Shown one piece after another: positions 27,665 to 35,580 of a DNA stretch of 44,339 nt; the stretch's first letter is position 1; each line of letters starts with the position of its first letter. This stretch comes from Polyangiales bacterium (GTDB lineage Bacteria > Myxococcota_A > Polyangia > Polyangiales > Polyangiaceae): contig JBBRLQ010000003.1 of the NCBI GenBank assembly GCA_038231275.1, forward strand, positions 1 to 44,339. The letters run 5' to 3'. Made by a program: the position numbers and the translations under genes. A model generated the notes under the pieces. That model was given only the letters and a program-made list of their open reading frames with translations, searched no databases and was not told the DNA's origin.

Positions 27665-28547
27665 TCATGCCGCGGGCGGCGAGGTCGCGAGCACGTCCGC
27701 GAGCGAGGTGCTGGGCAACGTCGGAAAGCGCGCACGCACCCGCTCTGCGAAGGTCATGTCGATCGTGCTCATGACGACCGCCGCCCTCGCTTGCCGCGCG
27801 AACGTCGGCGAGAAAGGACGCGCGAGGACCGACATCGCGCGAAGGACCGGCAGCGGGATGTGCTTGATGCGCCCGGGCTTGCCGCTCGCGAGGATGAGCC
27901 GCTCCGCGACGGTCGCGAGGCCGAGGTTCTCGGGGCCGCCGATCTCGAGGGTCTCGCCCACCAGGGCGTCGTCGCGCACCGCGAGGGCCACCAGCGCCGC
28001 GACGTCGCGGACGGACACCAAGTTGACCGGGTTCCGCCCCGGTCCGAACACGAGCGCCTCTCCCTTCGACGCGAGCGGGCCGCCGATGACCCCGATCCAC
28101 GTCTCTAGGAACGCCGTGGGGCGGAGGATCGTGAACGCGAGGCCGCTCTGGCGCAGCGCCTCTTCTGCGGCGTGCTTCGCGCGGTGGAGGGACATCGGAT
28201 GATCGGGCGCGGCGCCTTGCACCGAGAGGAGCACGAAGCGCTTCACGTTCGCCTCCGCCGCGGCACGCGCGAGGGCGCGGTTGGCATCGCGATCGATCGA
28301 CTCCGGGCTCGGGCTCCCTGAGCCCACGAACCCGTGCACTGCGGAGACGACCGTGGTGCAGCCGCGCACCGCCGCCGCCAGGCTCGCGGCGTCGCGCACG
28401 TCGCCCGTCAGCACCTCGACCGACGCTGGCAGCGCGCGTGCGCGCGCCGCGTCGCGCGTCAGCACGCGAACGGTCCGGCCCTCGTCCACCAGGAGCGGGA
28501 CCAGCCGCGCGCCGAGCGTTCCCGTCCCTCCGACGACGAGGATCACG
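27665..28547 (-). CDS. NmrA-like / atypical SDR NAD(P)-binding protein
   Basis: Probable GTG start at 28547 gives (M)ILVVGGTGTLGARLVPLLVDEGRTVRVLTRD (Rossmann GxxGxxG). It begins 2 nt after the upstream SnoaL gene stop. Confidence 0.7.
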
Positions 28548-28977
28548 TGCCGCCCCGCGACGGCTCGAGGTGGCCTCGCAGCGCCGCGTTCATGTCGCCG
28601 CCCGCTTCTTCGACGGGCTCGAGGAACATTCGGCCCGAGCGAATCACGCCGCCCGTGACCTCGAAGATGAAGACCCCACGCATGCGGTGCGCGCCACCGT
28701 CGCGCCGCGTGCCGTTCATCTCCCACTCCGTCCACACGGCCTCGCCGTCGACCGCGGAACGCAGCAGGCGCGCCTCGAGGTCGGGCACCGCGGCGAAGAT
28801 CTGCGTCCAGTTGCGCCTTACCTGCGCCACGCCGCGGAAGGATCGCTGCGGGTGGGCCGGCGACTCGAGCGCGTAGTCGACGGCGAAGCACGCGACGAGC
28901 GCCTCCACGTCGTGCGCGTTGGTCGCCGCGACGAGCCGCTCGACCGCCGCGCCTGGCCCGATTCCCGTGTTCGTCAT
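28543..28977 (-). CDS. SnoaL/NTF2-like fold protein (144 aa)
   Basis: ATG at 28977 gives MTNTGIGPGAAVERLVAATNAHDVEALVACFAVDYALESP...VWTEWEMNGT...GVFIFEVTGGVIRSGRMFLEPV, a typical NTF2-like cone fold. The longer ORF upstream of this ATG is junk. Confidence 0.6.
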   Translation of the reverse strand: MTNTGIGPGAAVERLVAATNAHDVEALVACFAVDYALESPAHPQRSFRGVAQVRRNWTQIFAAVPDLEARLLRSAVDGEAVWTEWEMNGTRRDGGAHRMRGVFIFEVTGGVIRSGRMFLEPVEEAGGDMNAALRGHLEPSRGGT

Positions 28978-28994
28978 GCCATCCTCCAATTCAG

Positions 28995-29022
28995 ATACAG
29001 TTGACCGTAACCAATACTGTAC
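28995..29022. promoter_or_regulatory. Candidate TetR operator: inverted repeat TACAGT-N14-ACTGTA in the AT-rich divergent intergenic region
   Basis: Direct read: aTACAGTtgaccgtaaccaaTACTGTAct. It lies between the SnoaL start (28977, -) and the TetR start (29029, +). The surrounding ~60 nt are unusually AT-rich for this genome. Confidence 0.4.
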
Positions 29023-29028
29023 TATGGA

Positions 29029-29682
29029 ATGAATATGCCGCAGGTCAAGAAGAGTCGCCCCTACGACGCGCGCGGACGCCAGGAGCAGGCGCGACGGAGC
29101 CGCGAGGCCATCCTCGACGTCGCGCGGGGGGAGCTCTTGCGCGCCGGGTACGCGGCCACGACCATCGCCGCCATCGCGCGCGGTGCGGGCGTCTCGGTGG
29201 AGACCATCTACAAGGGGTTCGGCGGCAAGCCAGGCCTGGTCCGCGCGATCTACGAGCGAGGGCTCGCGGGGCGCGGTCCCGTTCCCGCGCCACAGCGCTC
29301 CGACGCGATGGCGGCGCGCGAGCTCGACGCGCGCGTCATCCTCCGCGAGTGGGGAAGGCTCGCCGCCGAGGTGTCGCCCCGCGTGTCCCCCATCTTGCTC
29401 CTCGTCAGGGACGCCGCCGCGGCCGAGCCGGAGCTGGCGGCGCTGCTCGACCAGAGCAACGCCGAGCGCCTGGCGCGCATGCGCCACAACGCGCGCAGCC
29501 TGGCCGACCGAGGCTTCCTTCGTCGAGGCGTCACCGTCGAGCGCGCCGCGGACGTCATGTGGGCGGCCGTCTCGCCGGAGCTCTACGAGCTGCTCGTCGT
29601 GCGGCGCGGCTGGACGGCGGAGCGCTTCGGCGAGCACGTGGCGATCACGATGATCGCGGCGCTGCTCCCGCCGAAGCGGTGA
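29029..29682 (+). CDS. TetR/AcrR-family transcriptional regulator
   Basis: N-terminal HTH RRSREAILDVARGELLRAGYAATTIAAIARGAGVSVETIYKGFGGKPGL with a ligand-binding C-terminal domain. Divergent from the SnoaL-NmrA pair. Confidence 0.85.
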   Translation: MNMPQVKKSRPYDARGRQEQARRSREAILDVARGELLRAGYAATTIAAIARGAGVSVETIYKGFGGKPGLVRAIYERGLAGRGPVPAPQRSDAMAARELDARVILREWGRLAAEVSPRVSPILLLVRDAAAAEPELAALLDQSNAERLARMRHNARSLADRGFLRRGVTVERAADVMWAAVSPELYELLVVRRGWTAERFGEHVAITMIAALLPPKR

Positions 29683-29706
29683 CGCCAGTCCTGCGGCAGT
29701 CCTGCG

Positions 29707-29844
29707 CTACTTGCTCTTCTTGGCCGAGGTGGCCGCGCTCGAGTTGGAGTTCGCCTTCGCGTTCGCTGCGGCCGCCTTCTGGTTCTTGTCGGCCGAGTGT
29801 TGCTTCTTCGACTTGTCTTTTGCTTTCGGAGATTTGTCGCCCAT
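29707..29844 (-). CDS. Possible small lysine-rich basic protein (45 aa)
   Basis: ATG at 29844 gives MGDKSPKAKDKSKKQHSADKNQKAAAANAKANSNSSAATSAKKSK. It sits in a locally AT-rich island downstream of the YkgJ gene. No SD sequence. Low-complexity. Confidence 0.35.
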   Translation of the reverse strand: MGDKSPKAKDKSKKQHSADKNQKAAAANAKANSNSSAATSAKKSK

Positions 29845-29925
29845 GAGGAGGTCACCGTCCGTGGTTCGGGGTTTCGAGATCGCAGATCCACCCGTCACGG
29901 TAGGCCCATCGCGACGTCGCCTCCG

Positions 29926-30486
29926 TCATTTCGACGCGAACATCGCGCGAAGGGACGTTCGACCCGCGCCGGACGGACGGGCGTGGAGCTCCAGCTTGGA
30001 GAGGCGCTCCTCGATCGGGCCGAGCGTCCAGCAGTCTTCGCTCGGCAGATCGTCGATCGGCGGGCCGTTGTCGTTGAGCGGACAGATGTCGCGGAGCTCG
30101 ACCGTGCCCTCCTCTTGCTCGGCGAGCCACCGCAGCGGAAGCCCCTGCGTCCGGCAGACGTAGGGTCGGTCCTCGTAGATTCGGCACGCCCCCTCGCCAT
30201 CGAGAAACGCGCACGCGCCAACGGCGTGCGGGCGCCCCGCGGTGAGGAGCGCGCCGTGACGCCGTCGGATTGGCTCCGCCTCCACTTCGAAGACGGTGAG
30301 GTCGTCGACGCAGCACGCGCTGCACCCTTTGCGGCACACCGTGCGCGCCGCGTGGAGTCGATGGAGGCGCCGCGCGTCGACGTCGACGTCGGCGTGGAGC
30401 GCGTCGATGCCGGCGTCGTCCAAGGAACGAGCGTACGCTTTCGGGCGCCTCCGCGAGGGAAGATGCGCGGGAGGGCCCCGTATCAT
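29926..30486 (-). CDS. YkgJ-family putative Fe/Zn-binding protein (CxxCxxCC domain, UPF0153)
   Basis: CRKGCSACCVDDLTVFEVEA...GACAFLDGEGACRIYEDRPYVCR matches the CxxCxxCC Fe-S/Zn-chelating family. Confidence 0.75.
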   Translation of the reverse strand: MIRGPPAHLPSRRRPKAYARSLDDAGIDALHADVDVDARRLHRLHAARTVCRKGCSACCVDDLTVFEVEAEPIRRRHGALLTAGRPHAVGACAFLDGEGACRIYEDRPYVCRTQGLPLRWLAEQEEGTVELRDICPLNDNGPPIDDLPSEDCWTLGPIEERLSKLELHARPSGAGRTSLRAMFASK

Positions 30487-30491
30487 CCGCC

Positions 30492-32783
30492 GTGAAACCG
30501 CGCCGCTCCGCTGCCTTCGTCACGTCCATCGTCGGTCTCGTCGCTCTCGTCGGTCTCGCCGCCGCGTGCAGCGGATCGAAGAGCGACGGCGGGCTGAGCT
30601 CCAATCCTGGTGGCGGCCCCGGCGGCGGCCCGGGCGCGGATGGTGGTCCCGGCAGCGAAGGGGGACCCGGCGCCTGCGTGCCCAAGTGCGGCGGGAAGAA
30701 ATGCGGCGATGACGGGTGCGGCGGCAGCTGCGGCGCGTGCGGCGTCTACCAGCGCTGCGACGACAAGGCGGGCGCCTGCATCGCCGCGTGCGATCTCACC
30801 CCGCTCGACACCTCCAAGACGATCGACCTGAACCTCGCCGTCGCGAGCGTCACCGGCAAAATCACGTGGAACGGCGCCGCGCCGCCCGCCGGAATCGGCA
30901 GCGCCACCGTGCGCTTCGTCGACAAGAAATCGAGCTCCGTCATCACGGTCCCCCTCGCCGGCACCTACTCGACGCGCCTCTACGCCGGCACCTACTCGAT
31001 CGCGATCGACACGCGCAACGCCACCGATTCGAGCTTGCCGCAGCAGATCGTGCTCGTGAAGGACGACGTCGCGATCGGCGCCGACACCGCCATCGATCTC
31101 GCGGTGACGACGGCCACGCTTTCCGGGGCCGTGAGCATCGACGGCGCCGCGCCTCCTTCGGGAGGAAGCACGCGCGGGCGCGTCTACGTGAAGAGCCTCG
31201 GCGGCGACCAGATCTCGGCGACCCTCCCCGCGACCGGTCCCGCGGCGTATTCGGTTCCCGTCTTCGCGGGAACGTACGACGTCTCGTACGACTCGCGCGG
31301 CCTCGACACGACGGTGCCCGACCAGTCCGCGCTCGTGAAGAAGGGCGTCGCGGTCACGGGGGCGGCGACGTTCGATCTCGCGCTCGCCACCGCGACTGTG
31401 ACCGGTACGATCACGCAGAACGGCGCGGCCCTGCCCGCGGAGACGTCACGCGGACGCGTCGTCCTCAGCGCGCCCGATTTTTCGACGACCGAAACATCCG
31501 TCGCGGCGAGCGGCCCCGCTACGTACACCGCGCGCGTCTACGCCGGATCGTACGATCTCGCCTTCGACTCGCGGAGCTCCACGTCGCTCCCCGATCAGTC
31601 CGTCTCGCTCGCGAAGGCGCGCGCCGTCTCGGGCGCGCTGAGCGCCAGCTTCGACGTGAAGGTCATCGACGTGACCGGCGCGGTGACCCTGAACGGCGCC
31701 GCGCTCCCGGCGTCCACGTACTCGCGCGGGAGCATCGACTTCGCATCGCCGACGGGCTCGGGAACGGTCAGCGCTCCGCTCGCGACGACCGGCGCCGGCA
31801 GCTACAGCGCGCACCTCTACGCCGGCACCTACGACGTCCGCGTCCGCGCGGGCTCGCAACAGACGGTAATTCCGCAGCAGACCGCGACGATCAAGAAGGC
31901 CGTGGCGCTCGCCGCGACGGGGCCGCTCGATCTCGACCTGACGACGACACACGTGCACGGATCGATCACGGTGGACGGCGGTCCGCTCGCCGACGAGGCG
32001 CAGTCCCGCGGGAGCGCCGTCTTCGTCGAGCGTTCGACCGGCGATCGCTTCGACGTCCCCGCCGGCACCAAGGGACCGGCGACCTACGACGTCGTCCTCT
32101 TCACCGGCACCTACGGCGTCGAGTTCCGCACGTCGTCCGCCAGCACCACGCTCCCGCAGCAGAGCACCCACGTCCTCGACAAGAAGCTCGCCGGCGACGT
32201 CGGCCTCGACATCCCGCTCAAGACCCTCACCGCCAGCGGCGCCGTGAAGGTGAACGGCGCGGATCTCCCCAACGCCACGTCCGGCTCGCGCGGCCGCGTC
32301 GTCTTCATGGACAAGCTCACCGGCTCGCGCGTCGAGCAGAGCCTCGGCGCGACCGGACCCGGGAGCTACGCGCTTCGCCTCTTCGCAGGCGGCTTCGACG
32401 TCCACTTCGACTCGAACACCGCGCAGACAGTGCTCCCGGAGGCCGACGATCGCGTCCTCGGCGGCTGCGTGCCGGTCGACACTGCGTGTTCGCTCCCCGA
32501 CAAGGATCTCGGCGGCGCGTGGCTCCTCGACTTCCCCGGCTGGGGCACCATGGATCTGACGCTGACGCAGACCGGCAACGCGCTCGGCGGCTTCGCGACC
32601 GCGTCGTGGGGCTCCGGCCCGATCGCCGACGGAACGCGCACCGCCTCGGGCGTGAAGCTTACCGCCACCTCCGGCGTCGACATCTTCATGACCGGCGACA
32701 TCGCGAACGGGTGCGTGATGAGCGGTCACGCCGTCGCGTCGACCGGCTACACCGCCGACTGGGTCGGGCAGCGGCTCGAGTAG
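30492..32783 (+). CDS. Large lipoprotein (763 aa): Gly-rich and Cys-rich N-terminal module, six tandem ~90-aa beta-type repeats, and a distinct C-terminal domain
   Basis: Signal and lipobox MKPRRSAAFVTSIVGLVALVGLAAAC. Cys-rich module CVPKCGGKKCGDDGCGGSCGACGVYQRCDDKAGACIAAC (myxobacterial cysteine-rich-repeat-like). Repeats (~30840-32412) have the pattern TG.I..NGAA(P/L)P...RG.V......Y....YAGTYD......LP.Q. Confidence 0.75.
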   Translation: MKPRRSAAFVTSIVGLVALVGLAAACSGSKSDGGLSSNPGGGPGGGPGADGGPGSEGGPGACVPKCGGKKCGDDGCGGSCGACGVYQRCDDKAGACIAACDLTPLDTSKTIDLNLAVASVTGKITWNGAAPPAGIGSATVRFVDKKSSSVITVPLAGTYSTRLYAGTYSIAIDTRNATDSSLPQQIVLVKDDVAIGADTAIDLAVTTATLSGAVSIDGAAPPSGGSTRGRVYVKSLGGDQISATLPATGPAAYSVPVFAGTYDVSYDSRGLDTTVPDQSALVKKGVAVTGAATFDLALATATVTGTITQNGAALPAETSRGRVVLSAPDFSTTETSVAASGPATYTARVYAGSYDLAFDSRSSTSLPDQSVSLAKARAVSGALSASFDVKVIDVTGAVTLNGAALPASTYSRGSIDFASPTGSGTVSAPLATTGAGSYSAHLYAGTYDVRVRAGSQQTVIPQQTATIKKAVALAATGPLDLDLTTTHVHGSITVDGGPLADEAQSRGSAVFVERSTGDRFDVPAGTKGPATYDVVLFTGTYGVEFRTSSASTTLPQQSTHVLDKKLAGDVGLDIPLKTLTASGAVKVNGADLPNATSGSRGRVVFMDKLTGSRVEQSLGATGPGSYALRLFAGGFDVHFDSNTAQTVLPEADDRVLGGCVPVDTACSLPDKDLGGAWLLDFPGWGTMDLTLTQTGNALGGFATASWGSGPIADGTRTASGVKLTATSGVDIFMTGDIANGCVMSGHAVASTGYTADWVGQRLE
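30840..32412 (+). repeat. Six in-frame tandem repeats of ~270 nt (~90 aa) within the lipoprotein gene
   Basis: Protein-level periodicity is visible by eye (NGAAPP / NGAALP / DGAAPP ... YAGTYD ... LPQQ / LPDQ recurring every ~90 aa). Confidence 0.7.
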
Positions 32784-32795
32784 TAGCATCGCGGG

Positions 32796-34130
32796 GTGAC
32801 CGGATCGCCGTCGCCATCGCGGGGAAATAAGCTCGGCTTCTGGCCGCTGGTCGGCGCGCTCTACTTCATGGTCTCCGGCGGCCCGTTCGGCCTCGAGGAG
32901 CTCGTGCAGAAGCTCGGCTTCGGCGGCGCCATCGCGTGCCTCGTCGCGACGCCGATCGTGTGGAGCCTCCCGACCGCGCTCATGGTCGGGGAGCTCGGCG
33001 CCGCGCTGCCGCTCGAGGGCGGCTACTACGCGTGGGTGCGCCGCGCGCTCGGCCCGTTCTGGGGATTTCAAGAGGCGTGGCTGTCGATGGCGGCGAGCGT
33101 CTTCGACATGGCGATCTATCCGACGCTCTTCGTCTCCTACATCGGTCGCCTCTGGCCGGCGGCGCACGCCTACGCGTTTCCGATCGAGATCGTCTTCATC
33201 GCCGGGTGCGTCGCCTGGAATCTCCGTGGCGCGAAGGCGGTCGGCGACGGTTCGGTGATGCTCTCCGTCGTCCTGCTCGCGCCGTTCGCGATCCTGTCGC
33301 TCGTCGCGTTCGCGCACCGGAGCCCCGATCCGGTGCCTGCGCACCCGTCGGGCGGGGATCTCCTGGGAGGTCTGCTCATCGCGATGTGGAACTACATGGG
33401 GTGGGACAACGCCTCGACGATCGCCGCCGAGGTCGATCGCCCCGAGCGCACGTATGCGCGCGCCGCGCTGGTCGCGGTGGGGCTCGTCGCGATCACGTAC
33501 ATCGTCCCCGTCGCGGCGGTGGCAGCGACCGGCGCGGATCCATCGACGTGGACCACCGGCGCGTGGGTCGACGTCGCAGGCACCCTCGCGGGCCGAGGCC
33601 TCGCCGTCGCGATCGCGGTCTCTGGCGCGGTGAGCGCGGTCGGCATGTGGAGCGCGCTCCTCCTCTCGTATTCGCGCGTCCCATCCGCGCTCGCCGCCGA
33701 CGGCTACTTGCCCAAGATCTTCGGCCGTCACTCCCCGAAGACCGGCGCGCCTCACGCGTCGATCGTCGCCTGCGCGGTCCTCTGGACCCTGTCGCTCGGC
33801 CTCAGCTTCGAGCGCCTGGTGCTCCTCGACATCCTCTTTTACGGCACCAGCCTGCTGCTTGAGTTCGTCGCCCTCGCGTGGCTCCGGCACACCGAGCCGG
33901 GCCTCGCGCGCCCGTATCGAATCCGCGGCGGCCGAATCGGCGCGTGGCTCGTCGGCGTCCCGCCCGCCGCGCTGATCCTGCTCGCGATCGTGCGAAACTG
34001 GGACGAGCGCATGTCGCTCTTCGGGCTGGAGATTGGCGCCCTCGTCTTCGGCGTGCTCGTGATCGCCCTTGGCCCGCTGATTTATTTCGGCAGCGAGCGC
34101 GCGAGGAGCTTCCGCGCGTTGCCGAAGTAA
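32796..34130 (+). CDS. APC-superfamily amino acid/polyamine permease
   Basis: 444 aa with 12 predicted TM helices. The N-terminus WPLVGALYFMVSGGPFGLEELV is a typical APC-family consensus. Confidence 0.85.
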   Translation: MTGSPSPSRGNKLGFWPLVGALYFMVSGGPFGLEELVQKLGFGGAIACLVATPIVWSLPTALMVGELGAALPLEGGYYAWVRRALGPFWGFQEAWLSMAASVFDMAIYPTLFVSYIGRLWPAAHAYAFPIEIVFIAGCVAWNLRGAKAVGDGSVMLSVVLLAPFAILSLVAFAHRSPDPVPAHPSGGDLLGGLLIAMWNYMGWDNASTIAAEVDRPERTYARAALVAVGLVAITYIVPVAAVAATGADPSTWTTGAWVDVAGTLAGRGLAVAIAVSGAVSAVGMWSALLLSYSRVPSALAADGYLPKIFGRHSPKTGAPHASIVACAVLWTLSLGLSFERLVLLDILFYGTSLLLEFVALAWLRHTEPGLARPYRIRGGRIGAWLVGVPPAALILLAIVRNWDERMSLFGLEIGALVFGVLVIALGPLIYFGSERARSFRALPK

Positions 34131-35227
34131 ATCTTCTCGAGCACCTCGTTCGGCAGGCCGATCCCGCTGATCGTCCAGTCCCCCTGAATCGGCGTCATGT
34201 GTGGGAATTTTTCGTCCCACGTCTCGAGCCACCGCCAGTGCTTCTGGAAGAACACGATCGCGTCTGCCTCGGTCGGCGATGGCCCGCTCCCGCCGCTGCC
34301 GAGGATGAGGCGGCTGCCGACCTGGAAGTCCGTCGCGAAGAGAATGCGATCCTGATGCTTCACGAAGAGCTCGTGAACCTGCTTGGGATCGTGCCGCCCG
34401 ATCTCCGGAACGCGCGCCGCGATGTCGGCCATCATGTTCGGGTGCTTCGTGAGCTGCGCGTCGACCCACGCGAGGTCCTCGGCGTTATTTGCAAAGTGCA
34501 CACAAACGAACGTCGTCTCGGGGTGGCGCGTGATCACACGCTCGAGCGCGGCGAGGAGCTCTTCGCGCGGCGGATACTTCGCGGCGTCGCCGAACCACCA
34601 GCCCTTGTGATCCTTGAGCTCCGTCCATCGCTCGTTCGAGGAGTCGTAGGGTGACCAGAACGCCTTCGGATCGGCGACGTGGATCGAGATGGGCATGCCG
34701 AGCTCGCCGGCCTTCTTCCATGCGCGATCGAGCTTCGGATCGTCGATGGCGATGAGCTTGCCCTTCTTGTCCTTGAGGTTGAGGCCGAGGCGCTTGAACT
34801 CTTTCCAGCCCGCCGCGCCGAGGCGGTGGCCTTCCTCGATTTGCTTCTCCGCCTTCTCGGGAAAATCAGGGGTGTCCCACTCCGAGTAGTCGAGGTTCAT
34901 GTACTCGAGGAAGCGGCCGGGGTGCCCGTAGTCGGCGGCGCGCTTGGTGAGCTCGAATTCGCTGGTCTGCCCGGGCGCGTGCGTGACGTAGCCGCCGCTC
35001 AAGTTGACGGCGACACCGATGCCCGAGGCGTCCATGACGCGGACGGCGAGGGCGAGGCGATCGGGCGCAGGGTCGATGTGCTGGTGGAGATCGATCAGGC
35101 GATGCTCCGACCGCCAGCGATCCGGACTCGGCGTCGGCGTCGGAGTCGGAGTCGGCGTCGGCGTCGGCGTCGGCGAAGCCGCGCAGGCGGCGAGGAAGAG
35201 GAGAGCTGCGGCGCGGAGTAGGATCAC
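34082..35227 (-). CDS. Amidohydrolase-2 (TIM-barrel metal-dependent hydrolase) lipoprotein with an N-terminal (Thr-Pro)n linker
   Basis: Signal and lipobox MILLRAAALLFLAAC, then [18 protein letters not shown], then IDLHQHI (HxH metal ligands) ... ILFATDFQ. Its 3' end overlaps the convergent APC permease gene by 49 nt. Confidence 0.75.
   Translation of the reverse strand: MILLRAAALLFLAACAASPTPTPTPTPTPTPTPSPDRWRSEHRLIDLHQHIDPAPDRLALAVRVMDASGIGVAVNLSGGYVTHAPGQTSEFELTKRAADYGHPGRFLEYMNLDYSEWDTPDFPEKAEKQIEEGHRLGAAGWKEFKRLGLNLKDKKGKLIAIDDPKLDRAWKKAGELGMPISIHVADPKAFWSPYDSSNERWTELKDHKGWWFGDAAKYPPREELLAALERVITRHPETTFVCVHFANNAEDLAWVDAQLTKHPNMMADIAARVPEIGRHDPKQVHELFVKHQDRILFATDFQVGSRLILGSGGSGPSPTEADAIVFFQKHWRWLETWDEKFPHMTPIQGDWTISGIGLPNEVLEKIYFGNARKLLARSLPK
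35124..35171 (-). repeat. Coding hexanucleotide repeat (GGCGTC/GGAGTC)n, the reverse complement of CCGAC[G/T], encoding the (TP)n linker
   Basis: Direct read: ggactcggcgtcggcgtcggagtcggagtcggcgtcggcgtcggcgtc. The unit is the same as, or one base off from, the non-coding microsatellite at 936-1006. Confidence 0.9.
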
Positions 35228-35580
35228 GGATCCAGAGTACAGCCGCTTCCGTCGACGAAGTGGGCCGTGCGCTTCGCGCTGAGGAACGTTCCGCTGACGG
35301 AATTTCCCGCATGGTCGATCGTGAGGTGAACCTCGAGGTACGACGCCGGCGCGCCGTACGAGGCGCAGTACGCGTCCGACTGCTGGACGATGAAGACGCA
35401 GGAGCAGCCCTCCTTCACCGCGAGGCCGGCCGCGAGGTCGTCGACGATGGCGTTGGGCGGGCCGGGATCGACGACGGCGCCGTCGTCTCCCGCGTCGGGC
35501 ACGCCCGCTTCGGCGCGCGCGTCGGGGACCGACAAGAGCGCGAGAGGGAGCGCGAGGATGAGGAGGCGCGACGTCTTCAT
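35224..35580 (-). CDS. Small secreted protein (118 aa, signal peptide)
   Basis: MKTSRLLILALPLALLSVPDARA signal. Translationally coupled on both sides (4-nt overlaps with the upstream beta-lactamase-family gene and the downstream amidohydrolase gene). Confidence 0.5.
   Translation of the reverse strand: MKTSRLLILALPLALLSVPDARAEAGVPDAGDDGAVVDPGPPNAIVDDLAAGLAVKEGCSCVFIVQQSDAYCASYGAPASYLEVHLTIDHAGNSVSGTFLSAKRTAHFVDGSGCTLDP

Noticed and set aside
31446-34469. 1007-aa - strand ORF spanning the lipoprotein and APC permease genes
   Set aside because: Antisense artefact (R/D/E/G-rich). The + strand encodes the clear repeat lipoprotein and the 12-TM permease.
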